DNA from: a virus
Lineage: Duplodnaviria; Caudoviricetes
Strand: one strand, 5' to 3'
Virus record (IMG/VR): IMGVR_UViG_3300009161_000051
Span: 1 to 59,310 of that record
DNA: 59,310 nt
Shown piece after piece: positions 29,502-37,522 of this stretch; positions within the stretch are counted from its first letter, which is position 1, and each line of letters begins with the position of its first letter. The translations under genes and the position numbers were made by a program. Under the pieces are notes generated by a model. The model worked only from the letters and a program-made list of their open reading frames with translations, did no database searches and was not told where the DNA came from.

Positions 29502-29813
29502 ATGGGACTTTTTTATATGCCTTTTTCATGGGGCGACTATTGGCGTGATACGGGTCACCTGTCAGATAGTGAACACGTTAGCTATCTAAAACTGATTAGC
29601 TATTACTGGCACAACAAATCTTTGCCGTCTGATGATGAAAGACTGGCGAGAATTGTAGGCCGCTCATTGTTTGAATGGATGGCAATGAAACCGACACTTC
29701 AGAGCTTCTTTTCTGAAGGTTGGACGCATCAAAGAATTGAGCGAGATTTGGTAAAACAAAACAATCTTGTGATACGTGGAAAGAAGGGTGCTGATGCTCG
29801 GTGGAATGCTTAA
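29502..29813 (+). CDS. DUF1376/YdaU-family replication initiator (N-terminal domain only)
   Basis: YMPFSWGDYWRDTGHLS..EH..YLKL...LPSDDERLARI...WTHQRIERD; followed by iterons. Confidence 0.8.
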   Translation: MGLFYMPFSWGDYWRDTGHLSDSEHVSYLKLISYYWHNKSLPSDDERLARIVGRSLFEWMAMKPTLQSFFSEGWTHQRIERDLVKQNNLVIRGKKGADARWNA

Positions 29814-29900
29814 TAGATGCTTGTGGGATGCTTGTGGGATGCTTGTTGCAATGCTTGTTGCAATGCTTGTGGGATGCTTAAGCATATGCTTGTGGGATGC
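29806..29900 (+). repeat. Iteron array (probable replication origin)
   Basis: Eight ATGCTT cores, mostly in 11-12 bp units (GATGCTTGTGG / AATGCTTGTTGC); palindrome ATGCTTAAGCAT. Confidence 0.75.
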
Positions 29901-29904
29901 CATA

Positions 29905-29972
<68 letters not shown>

Positions 29973-29985
29973 TAGGAAAAACAAC

Positions 29986-31479
29986 ATGGCACAGTTTAAG
30001 TTGCGGGATTACCAGACCGATATCATCACAGCGATCAGAACATCGTTGTCGAGTGGCAAGAAAAGACCCTGCGTACAAGCACCAACTGGATCGGGCAAAA
30101 CGGTCATCGCGGCATCAATCGTGAACATGGCAATGGACAAGGGCAAGAAGGTTCTGTTCTGCGTACCATCCATCAGCCTGATCGATCAGACGGTAAAGCG
30201 TTTTGAGGAAAATGGCATTTGGGACGTTGGGGTCATCCAAGCATTTCACGAGCGGACTGACTACAGGATGCCTGTACAGGTATGCTCGGTGCAGACGCTT
30301 GCCAGAAGGTCTATCCCTGAATGCGACCTTGTGATCATCGACGAGGCTCACGTCATGTTTAAATTTTATCAGGACACATTTGCAAACCAGTGGAGCAAAG
30401 TGCCAGTGATTGGCTTGACTGCAACACCTTGGCAAAAGGGCATGGGCAAACTCTACGATGATTTGATTATCGGGCAGACAACGCAGGGTCTGATTGATTT
30501 GGGCCATCTGTCGGACTTCAAAGTGTTTGCGCCGTCCCATCCTGATCTGGACGGGGTCAAGACCATTGCAGGTGATTATGACCTGAAGGGGCTTGGTGAG
30601 GCGATGGACAAGGCTCCATTGGTTGCGGATATCGTATCGACGTGGATGGAGCGGGGTGAGAACCGCCAGACGCTGTGCTTTGCCGTGAACCGCGCCCATG
30701 CCAAAAACATTCAGACGCAATTTGAAAAAGCAGGTGTTAAGACCGCCTACATGGATGCCTTTACTGATCTGGCAGAGCGGCAGGAGATTGCTGACCAGTT
30801 TGCAAACGGCGATATCCAGATCGTCTGCAACGTGGGCGTCCTGACGACTGGTGTTGATTGGGACGTGAGATGCATCATTCTCGCGAGGCCGACAAAGAGC
30901 GAGATTCTGTATACGCAAATCATTGGTCGGGGATTGCGGACAGCAGACGGCAAAGACCACTGCCTGATCCTCGACCACAGCGATACGACATTGCGCTTAG
31001 GTTTTGTTACGAGCATCCATCACGATACTTTGGATGATGGCAAGACCAAGAAAAAGGCCGAGGTCAAGAAGCGGGAATACCTGCCCAAGGAATGCGCTAA
31101 GTGCAATTTCTTGAAGCCACCCAAAACCCGCAAGTGTCCTGTATGCGGATTTGAGGCTGTCGCTGTGTCAGACGTGGATCACATCGACGGGGAGCTTGCA
31201 GAGCTTGGTCGGGATGGGTCGCAGAAACTGATCAGCTACACGCAAGAACAGAAACAGCAATTTTACAGCGAGCTGATCTCGTATGCGAGAGCCAAGGGCT
31301 TCAAGAGTGGATGGGCATATTGGACATACAAAGATAAATTCAAAGTTGGGCCTTCTAATAAATTTCACGATAGGCCATTGACGCCATCATCATCCACGAT
31401 GGCTTGGATCACGCACAGAAACATAGCCAGAGCAAAGCAAAGGTCAAAAGATGAAAACAGAAGCGCAAGCTATCGCTGA
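29986..31479 (+). CDS. SF2 (DEAH) helicase with C-terminal zinc finger
   Basis: APTGSGKT, IIDEAH, GLTATP, QIIGRGLR; CAKC..CPVC. Confidence 0.92.
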   Translation: MAQFKLRDYQTDIITAIRTSLSSGKKRPCVQAPTGSGKTVIAASIVNMAMDKGKKVLFCVPSISLIDQTVKRFEENGIWDVGVIQAFHERTDYRMPVQVCSVQTLARRSIPECDLVIIDEAHVMFKFYQDTFANQWSKVPVIGLTATPWQKGMGKLYDDLIIGQTTQGLIDLGHLSDFKVFAPSHPDLDGVKTIAGDYDLKGLGEAMDKAPLVADIVSTWMERGENRQTLCFAVNRAHAKNIQTQFEKAGVKTAYMDAFTDLAERQEIADQFANGDIQIVCNVGVLTTGVDWDVRCIILARPTKSEILYTQIIGRGLRTADGKDHCLILDHSDTTLRLGFVTSIHHDTLDDGKTKKKAEVKKREYLPKECAKCNFLKPPKTRKCPVCGFEAVAVSDVDHIDGELAELGRDGSQKLISYTQEQKQQFYSELISYARAKGFKSGWAYWTYKDKFKVGPSNKFHDRPLTPSSSTMAWITHRNIARAKQRSKDENRSASYR

Positions 31480-32374
31480 AGGCAGGTGGCACTCGATTCT
31501 CACGCAGTTTGGGATTGATACTAAGTTTTTGGTCAACAGGCACGGGCCATGTCCCATCTGTGGTGGCAAAGATCGGTTCCGGTTCAGCGATCAAAACATT
31601 GGGCGGTTTATTTGCAATCACTGCGGGAGCGGTGACGGGTACAAACTGATTGAGAGAATCACGGGTGAACCATTCAAAGACGTTGTACGGAAAGTGAAAG
31701 ACATGGTCGATACGATAAAGCCGCAGATCAGGGCAGAGGCGACAGATGAAGCTCGGCAGAAGCGGGAGATGCAAAATTTATGGGATCGGGGCATCTGGCC
31801 TACTGAAGGCGGAATCGTATCCAAGTACGTCAACAGCCGGATCGGGCAGTGGTGGTCAGGGCAATACCTGCGGGAGGTGGATCAGGTCCGGCATCCATAC
31901 ACGTCAGGTGATTTTACCTGCATGATGACCAAAATCACCGACCCAAGTGGTAAGCCGTGCAACATCCACCTCACCTACCTCAATGAACAGGGCCGTAAAG
32001 CCGCTGTAGAGCCTCCTAAGCTGGTTCTAGCAGGAAAGTTGACCGAGGGTAGCGCAATCCGCTTATCGCCGTCTGGAGCCACGCTAGGGCTTTCTGAGGG
32101 CATAGAGACTGCGATGGCGGCATCACTGATGTTTGACGTACCATGTTGGGCGGCAATCAGTGGCACGATGATGGCTAAATGGATTCCGCCGGAAGAGGTC
32201 AAGCGGGTGATCATCTTTGCGGATAACGATGGCAATTACACGGGACAGGCTAAGGCATATGCACTGGCAAATCGTTTAGTCGTACAGAGTAAATTGCTTG
32301 TTGAAGTAAGGGTTCCAGAGCTTGTCGGGGATGACTGGGCAGACGTGTATGAAAAAAAATTGAAAAATATTTAA
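31451..32374 (+). CDS. Primase (zinc-binding + Toprim)
   Basis: HGPCPICGGKDRFRF..CNHCG; EGIETA; IFADND. Confidence 0.88.
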   Translation: MKTEAQAIAEGRWHSILTQFGIDTKFLVNRHGPCPICGGKDRFRFSDQNIGRFICNHCGSGDGYKLIERITGEPFKDVVRKVKDMVDTIKPQIRAEATDEARQKREMQNLWDRGIWPTEGGIVSKYVNSRIGQWWSGQYLREVDQVRHPYTSGDFTCMMTKITDPSGKPCNIHLTYLNEQGRKAAVEPPKLVLAGKLTEGSAIRLSPSGATLGLSEGIETAMAASLMFDVPCWAAISGTMMAKWIPPEEVKRVIIFADNDGNYTGQAKAYALANRLVVQSKLLVEVRVPELVGDDWADVYEKKLKNI

Positions 32375-32450
32375 ATAGGGTGTTGACGCATATCTTCAGC
32401 TATGCCACAAGAGGGTATCAACAACGGGCCGAGGCCCACCCAACAAGGAG
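32371..32450 (+). promoter_or_regulatory. Repeated early promoter cassette, copy 1
   Basis: TTAAATAGGGTG-TTGACG-catatcttcagctatgc-CACAAG; GGGC-CGAG-GCCC; AAGGAG. Confidence 0.8.
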
Positions 32451-32457
32451 AACGACA

Positions 32458-32847
32458 ATGACAACGATCAACAAAGAAGCCGCTTTCCAGAACTTGTTCA
32501 CGGAGGCTTATATCGCAGGTCAGGAAGCAGGAACCCGCCAGATTCCCCGCCCAATGCAGGTTGTAGAGGCGGACGTGTTTGGTAAGCCGTTGGCAAACGC
32601 AACAGTTTGGGACGAGCCAGAAGGCATGTGCGGTTTTGCTTGGGTCGTCATCCGCCCTGCAACATCATCCTTTGCCAGATGGTTGCTGAAGAACAAACTT
32701 GCACGGACCGGATACACAGGCGGTCTACATATCTGGATCAGTGACCACAATCAGTCGTACGAGCGCAAGTTGGCCCACGCCAGAGCAATGGCTAAGGTGA
32801 TTAGTGATGCAGGTTTTGAAGCCTACGCTGACAGCCGTTTGGACTGA
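32458..32847 (+). CDS. Conserved phage hypothetical (early) protein
   Basis: CGFAWV...QSYERK...SRLD; RBS AAGGAG. Confidence 0.7.
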   Translation: MTTINKEAAFQNLFTEAYIAGQEAGTRQIPRPMQVVEADVFGKPLANATVWDEPEGMCGFAWVVIRPATSSFARWLLKNKLARTGYTGGLHIWISDHNQSYERKLAHARAMAKVISDAGFEAYADSRLD

Positions 32848-32855
32848 TCGGGATC

Positions 32856-32878
32856 GGGGGAGGGTCATGCTCTCCCCC
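32856..32878 (+). terminator. Hairpin between cassettes
   Basis: GGGGGAGGG-tcatg-CTCTCCCCC. Confidence 0.6.
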
Positions 32879-32892
32879 ACCACAAAAATAAT

Positions 32893-32970
32893 TTAAATAG
32901 GGTGTTGACCTCTATCTTGGACTATGCCACAAGAGGTTATCGCAACGGGCAACCCGCCCAAACTTTGGAG
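32893..32970 (+). promoter_or_regulatory. Repeated early promoter cassette, copy 2
   Basis: TTAAATAGGGTG-TTGACC-tctatcttggactatgc-CACAAG; GGGC-AACCC-GCCC; GGAG. Confidence 0.8.
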
Positions 32971-32977
32971 TTTTACT

Positions 32978-33280
32978 ATGGCCCTCGCACCACACTACAA
33001 TTTTGAAGGTTCCACCCTCCCGCTGATCGTTGGTGAGTTTAAGTCGGAATCAGGAGCGTTGTTTGAATACGCTGTCCGTCCAGATGCTGACAAGGCGATC
33101 CACGATCCTGAGTTCTCGCACATTGTGTATGTCGGGTCGCATGGAATTGGTGGCGACTGCGGATACCGTGCCGCTAAGGTTCTGGGTACGGTCGCTTACA
33201 TCGCGGTAGATGAAGATGACAACGGCACTGTGATTGAGAAGTGGGCGATCAAGAGCCACCGCACATACGGGAGGAAGTGA
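32978..33280 (+). CDS. Hypothetical early protein
   Basis: GGAG RBS; YRAAKVLGTVAYIAVDED. Confidence 0.65.
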   Translation: MALAPHYNFEGSTLPLIVGEFKSESGALFEYAVRPDADKAIHDPEFSHIVYVGSHGIGGDCGYRAAKVLGTVAYIAVDEDDNGTVIEKWAIKSHRTYGRK

Positions 33281-33471
33281 TGGGAACGGAATATTATGTC
33301 GAGGTGTTTACCTTTGAAGAACAAGAAATTGATTTTGAATTGACCGACAATTTTGAGGATGCCTGTATTGCGTTTGATGTTTTAGTAACACGCAACCCAA
33401 CCTTGTCAGTCCGTTTTGTCAATTTAACGACAGGATACCTTATTGATCAGCATAATTGGGTGGAGAGATGA
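33280..33471 (+). CDS. Hypothetical acidic protein
   Basis: GGAGG RBS, TGATG coupling. Confidence 0.55.
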   Translation: MGTEYYVEVFTFEEQEIDFELTDNFEDACIAFDVLVTRNPTLSVRFVNLTTGYLIDQHNWVER

Positions 33472-33566
33472 TGCAGGAAATAATCAGCGCGGTGGCAGAG
33501 GCTGTGTTTATTTCAACTCTGCCGATTGTGGCGATTGCAATTACTTTGATGATGGGTAAAAAATAA
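33468..33566 (+). CDS. 32-aa single-TM peptide (not in ORF track)
   Basis: GGAG RBS, ATGA overlap; MMQEIISAVAEAVFISTLPIVAIAITLMMGKK. Confidence 0.45.
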   Translation: MMQEIISAVAEAVFISTLPIVAIAITLMMGKK

Positions 33567-33650
33567 TTCAAAATGCTATTGACCTACATCTAGAGCTATG
33601 CCACAAAAGGCTATCAACAACAGGGCCACGGCCCAAACCAACGGAGAACC
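33567..33650 (+). promoter_or_regulatory. Repeated early promoter cassette, copy 3
   Basis: TTGACC-tacatctagagctatgc-CACAAA; GGGC-CACG-GCCC; ACGGAG. Confidence 0.75.
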
Positions 33651-33653
33651 ACA

Positions 33654-33896
33654 ATGTCTGCACCAATGAAACTGTCATTTTATAAAACTAATGACCATAA
33701 TAGCTACAAATCAGCTCTGGAAGCAAAAGCGGTTTATTCCGTTTTGCTAGAGTATGGCGAGGCGCATAAAGGTTTTGAACAAGGCGCAGTTTATGACGCG
33801 ATTGAGTTAATAAACGAGACTAAGCGGTGCTTTGGCATTGAAGAGCCATTGAAGTACGTGCTTATCGATGGCGACAAAATTATAGATTTTGATTGA
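33654..33896 (+). CDS. Hypothetical early protein
   Basis: AACGGAGAACCACAATG translation start. Confidence 0.6.
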   Translation: MSAPMKLSFYKTNDHNSYKSALEAKAVYSVLLEYGEAHKGFEQGAVYDAIELINETKRCFGIEEPLKYVLIDGDKIIDFD

Positions 33897-33926
33897 ACGC
33901 AACAACAAATCAAACGGAGAACCACA

Positions 33927-34082
33927 ATGACACTAACGATCCGCATCACAACCGACAAAAATGGTAAGCGCATTGCCCACTATTATGGATCGGCACTCCG
34001 TTTGCATCGCATCTCAGTGGCAGAAGCTGAATTGGCTATTGCCACAGGCCGTTTGTTTAATCGTCCCGCAGTCTCTGCATAA
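33927..34082 (+). CDS. Hypothetical 51-aa protein (not in ORF track)
   Basis: Second identical AACGGAGAACCACAATG start; MTLTIRITTDKNGKRIAHYY... Confidence 0.6.
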   Translation: MTLTIRITTDKNGKRIAHYYGSALRLHRISVAEAELAIATGRLFNRPAVSA

Positions 34083-34096
34083 TCAGGAGAATCACA

Positions 34097-34339
34097 ATGA
34101 CACAGTACAACACCCCATCAGTCCCCGCCCAGTGGTCGGACAGCCGGAACACGCACCCCGCAGTCGCGATGGCGATCCACGCGATTGCTGATAGCTCCCG
34201 CCCCGCAGATGATATCTGGGAGGAGCCGACAATCGCAGAGTTTGACCACGTCATCATGGCTGTCGGGCATTACGTGGATCGGGGCATCTTTAACCAGATG
34301 AACCAATTCTGGTGGGGCGACCTTCAAGTTAAAATTTAA
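34097..34339 (+). CDS. Hypothetical early protein
   Basis: CAGGAGAATCACAATG start. Confidence 0.6.
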   Translation: MTQYNTPSVPAQWSDSRNTHPAVAMAIHAIADSSRPADDIWEEPTIAEFDHVIMAVGHYVDRGIFNQMNQFWWGDLQVKI

Positions 34340-34364
34340 CAATTAAATCAAAGGAAACAAAACA

Positions 34365-34622
34365 ATGACATATGATCCATTTTTATCGCACTCACTGTCC
34401 TCAATCGATCCTGATCAGTTGGACGCCATTGCATCCTACGTGTTGAACAATCACTCCGGCCTGATGGATGAGGATGCGGTTGACTTGACCAATTTTGACC
34501 GCAGTCTGGAACTGCTTGATGAGCCGACAGACCTTCAATGGCTGTTGAAATACATGGAGCATCATTACAACCAGTTTGGCTCACACTTTGAATGGCAACC
34601 CGCACGATCCACAGGAGCATAA
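34365..34622 (+). CDS. Hypothetical acidic protein
   Basis: AAGGA RBS; D-rich. Confidence 0.55.
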   Translation: MTYDPFLSHSLSSIDPDQLDAIASYVLNNHSGLMDEDAVDLTNFDRSLELLDEPTDLQWLLKYMEHHYNQFGSHFEWQPARSTGA

Positions 34623-34623
34623 A

Positions 34624-34890
34624 ATGTTTTTAGTTACCGACATATCAAATCTCTACGCACCCCGTGTTCTGGGCTTCATTGAGGCCGTGGAGGACATTGT
34701 AGATGTTCTGCCGGAGAACTTGTTCTGCATAGAGGAAGACGGGGATCACCCGCGCCATTGGGACGCCATCACGGAATCGGGTCGGCTGATCACGATAGAG
34801 CCGAACGGGGAGGGCGAGACACAGACAGCACTTGATGCTCAGATTGATGCCGAGGCATTGGCGCATGAAGCGGCAACCAATTGCTACTGA
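34624..34890 (+). CDS. Hypothetical acidic protein
   Basis: AGGAG RBS; E/D-rich. Confidence 0.55.
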   Translation: MFLVTDISNLYAPRVLGFIEAVEDIVDVLPENLFCIEEDGDHPRHWDAITESGRLITIEPNGEGETQTALDAQIDAEALAHEAATNCY

Positions 34891-34898
34891 TCAAGAGC

Positions 34899-34925
34899 GG
34901 GGGCTACGGCCCCCACTTATTTTTA
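34899..34925 (+). terminator. cUACGg-tetraloop terminator
   Basis: GGGGGC-TACG-GCCCCC then ACTTATTTTT. Confidence 0.75.
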
Positions 34926-35002
34926 AATAGGGTGTTGACGTGCATCTTGGGCTGTGCCATTAAAGGTCATCAGCAACGGGGCTTTGGCCCGACCTAAGGA
35001 GC
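34923..35002 (+). promoter_or_regulatory. Repeated early promoter cassette, copy 4
   Basis: TTAAATAGGGTG-TTGACG-tgcatcttgggctgtgc-CATTAA; GGGC-TTTG-GCCC; AAGGAG. Confidence 0.8.
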
Positions 35003-35007
35003 TTAAA

Positions 35008-35667
35008 ATGACTTTTATTGAAAACGAGAGTGCTTACGAGGCAGGTAAACAACGGAATATCCAGTTCAACCGTATCAAGGGCAACAAAAATCGTTGGCTT
35101 CAAGAGAGCGGTCAAGAGATTGTGAATCGTGTTGAAAATTTCTTGTTTCAGTCTGGTGAATTTGCCCCTGCCGAGATCGTTGACCGTCAAGGATATCACG
35201 AGCTTCAAACGCACCCAGTCGTGAAGGCATCCTTTGGTGATTTCCGCGCAAAAATGGTTGATTCCTTAATGCGGTGGGGTCGCCTGTCACCTGCTCAGGA
35301 AAAGGCCGTGCTTGGCATGATTGAGAAGGGTCAGAGCCGCATTGCAGAGCGTGAGGCCGCCAAGGCTGTCAAGGCCACAACAGCCAAGCACGTAGGCACG
35401 GTTGGCGAGCGGCGCGACTTTGAGGTCACCGTTCAGTTCAAGACCTCGTTTGAAACGCAGTTTGGTTGGACAGCCGTGTATGTCTGCGAGGACGATGATG
35501 GCAACGTAATCGTCTATAAAGGTTCAAGCGTCCTGTACGGCGCACCAGACAACTGCGGTGCGGCGGCGGCGATCAAGGGTGAGCGGATCAAGTTCAAGGC
35601 CACGATCAAAGAGCATGGTGTACGGGATGGCATTGCCCAGACCATTGTTGCCCGTCCAAAGCAGTGA
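35008..35667 (+). CDS. Early protein with C-terminal OB-fold-like domain
   Basis: HVGTVGERRDFEVTV...GNVIVYKGS...KATIKEH..RDG..QT...RPK. Confidence 0.6.
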   Translation: MTFIENESAYEAGKQRNIQFNRIKGNKNRWLQESGQEIVNRVENFLFQSGEFAPAEIVDRQGYHELQTHPVVKASFGDFRAKMVDSLMRWGRLSPAQEKAVLGMIEKGQSRIAEREAAKAVKATTAKHVGTVGERRDFEVTVQFKTSFETQFGWTAVYVCEDDDGNVIVYKGSSVLYGAPDNCGAAAAIKGERIKFKATIKEHGVRDGIAQTIVARPKQ

Positions 35668-35685
35668 AGTGACAGGGGATCAGCA

Positions 35686-35717
35686 GAGGGGGCTACGGCC
35701 CTCTCAAATTATTTTTA
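35686..35717 (+). terminator. cUACGg-tetraloop terminator
   Basis: GAGGGGGC-TACG-GCCCTCTC then AAATTATTTTT. Confidence 0.7.
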
Positions 35718-35790
35718 AATAGGGTGTTGACGCATATCTTGAGCTGTGCCATAAAGATCAGGCGGGGCGCGGAGTCCCTTTAAATTGGAG
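35715..35790 (+). promoter_or_regulatory. Repeated early promoter cassette, copy 5
   Basis: TTAAATAGGGTG-TTGACG-catatcttgagctgtgc-CATAAA; GGAG RBS. Confidence 0.8.
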
Positions 35791-35796
35791 ATAAAA

Positions 35797-36048
35797 ATGA
35801 CAAAGATTGTAGCGGCAGATGCCTTTGAAATTGAAGCCAACATTTTTGCGGTTGTTGCCTACCTTGGCAACGGTCATAGCGTTTATCATAATGGCCCAAA
35901 GGGTTTTGCCTATTTCACCAAGGATCAAGCGGAGCGTCTCGCAAATCGTATTAATGCTGATCGTTCCATTGATTTGGCTCATTGGGACGCAGGTAAGTAT
36001 CAGCGTGATGAGTATGCGCTCATTGAGGCGGAATATTACGAGGGCTGA
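35797..36048 (+). CDS. Hypothetical early protein
   Basis: GGAG RBS, MTKIVAAD start. Confidence 0.6.
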   Translation: MTKIVAADAFEIEANIFAVVAYLGNGHSVYHNGPKGFAYFTKDQAERLANRINADRSIDLAHWDAGKYQRDEYALIEAEYYEG

Positions 36049-36056
36049 TCTAAAAC

Positions 36057-36080
36057 GGGGGCTACGGCCCCCACTTTCCT
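36057..36080 (+). terminator. cUACGg-tetraloop terminator closing the cassette array
   Basis: GGGGGC-TACG-GCCCCC-ACTTTCCT. Confidence 0.7.
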
Positions 36081-36091
36081 GTGTAAGTCGT

Positions 36092-36120
36092 TTGCAATGC
36101 CGCCCTTGAGGCGGTATATT
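36092..36120 (+). promoter_or_regulatory. Putative promoter of the terminase operon
   Basis: TTGCAA-17 bp-TATATT. Confidence 0.45.
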
Positions 36121-36159
36121 TGTATGGAAATACAGGGATTCCAAGCAGGGGAGAATGCA

Positions 36160-36582
36160 ATGGAAGAAGGCGAGAGAATTAGCAGTTTGGTCAATGATCA
36201 ATCGATCTTTGTCGTTCACATGGATGAAGCGGGATTGATGACGATAACAACACGGGGCGATCCTGCGGGGTGGCCTGATGGGCTTACAAAGGCACTGGGG
36301 ACGTTGCTGAAGGCGGCAGGGCATAGTTTGTGTGTAATGGTAGAAACGCTTCCTCAGGCCGTGCTAGAGCCTACAGATGCACAAATATTAGATCAGCAGA
36401 TCAGTGATATAATCCGTGATGCAGAACAGTCTGAAATTGAAGACATTATGGCATCACATGAAGCAATAGCAGATCACCGAGCTAGCATTAATACACGGGA
36501 GACGTTTGCAGATGTTGTAGAGGCTGAGGAAGACGATGAGATCAGGCGCGAGATCGATGCTGAAGAGGCAGGTGAGCGGTGA
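36160..36582 (+). CDS. Acidic hypothetical protein
   Basis: GGGGAG RBS before MEEGERIS (ATG at 36124 also possible); GTGA overlap with terS. Confidence 0.55.
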   Translation: MEEGERISSLVNDQSIFVVHMDEAGLMTITTRGDPAGWPDGLTKALGTLLKAAGHSLCVMVETLPQAVLEPTDAQILDQQISDIIRDAEQSEIEDIMASHEAIADHRASINTRETFADVVEAEEDDEIRREIDAEEAGER

Positions 36583-37151
36583 GTGATCCAGACGTTAAGC
36601 CACTGAAGGCCAAAGACGCACCAAAGCAGAAGCTCACCAAAGCGCAAACAAGGTGGCAGAAAGGTGTGCCTAATCCAATAGGTGGAAAGAGAACAAACGA
36701 GTACACACAGATCATAGGTGATCATATATGTGAGAGACTAGCATCAGGTGAGAGTCTCAGGTCAATATGTCGTGATGAGAACATGCCAGCGTTGGCAACA
36801 GTATTGCGATGGGTTGCGGCGGTTCCTCTCTTTTGTACGCAATACTCACGCGCCCGTGAGGAACAGGCTGAAGCAATGGTTGATGAAATGCTTGAACTAG
36901 CCAATGCGCCCAAGGATGATTCATCCGAGGCCATCAATCGCGCACGGTTGCAGATCGATACCCGCAAATGGGTTGCGTCCAAGCTACGCCCCAAAAAATA
37001 CGGTGATAAGTCTAATGTTGAACTCACTGGCGCAGGTGGTGGAGCCATTACTGTGCAACGGGTTGACACTACGATGTTGGACGATGACCAGAAGCTCGCG
37101 CTTGAGAACATGCTCAGGACCATCACGTTGACGCCTGAAGACGATGATTGA
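36579..37151 (+). CDS. terS: Terminase small subunit (Sf6 gp1-like)
   Basis: ICERLASGESLRSICRDENMP..TVLRW...YSRAREEQAE...RARLQIDTRKWVASKLRPKKYGDK. Confidence 0.9.
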   Translation: MSDPDVKPLKAKDAPKQKLTKAQTRWQKGVPNPIGGKRTNEYTQIIGDHICERLASGESLRSICRDENMPALATVLRWVAAVPLFCTQYSRAREEQAEAMVDEMLELANAPKDDSSEAINRARLQIDTRKWVASKLRPKKYGDKSNVELTGAGGGAITVQRVDTTMLDDDQKLALENMLRTITLTPEDDD

Positions 37152-37522
37152 TAGCCATGCCCTAGAAGCCACAGGGAAGCCCGTACAGCCGTTTGGTGGT
37201 CTATCCGGTGTATTGGTATCAGAATTTTGTTTTTGCCAATCTACTGGACATACCGTGAACAACTTGAACTATGGCACAGATCATGCATAAAAATGCGGTT
37301 TGGACCCTTAGGCCGATACAAGCAATTTCCTCAGTTTTGCTACAGCTTGGCAACAAAATGCGGCACAGCCCAAGCTATATGGGCGCAATGGCTGAGTTCA
37401 AGTAATGGCGTGGATCGATGCATGGATGGCGGCGTGGGCGGTGCAGAAGGCGATCCTGCATTGGTGGTTTGGAATCGGGTGGGTGACTATCAGCATAGCC
37501 GTCCTGAAGGTATTGAGGTGGC

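Noticed and set aside
30115-30978. Long antisense ORFs (also 11401..12237, 16684..17370, 8748..9359)
   Set aside because: They shadow well-supported plus-strand genes and show no motifs or RBS
32371-35790. Integron attC or CRISPR-like repeats around early genes
   Set aside because: Repeats are promoter-shaped, lack the attC inverted core structure, and no integrase or cas gene is visible
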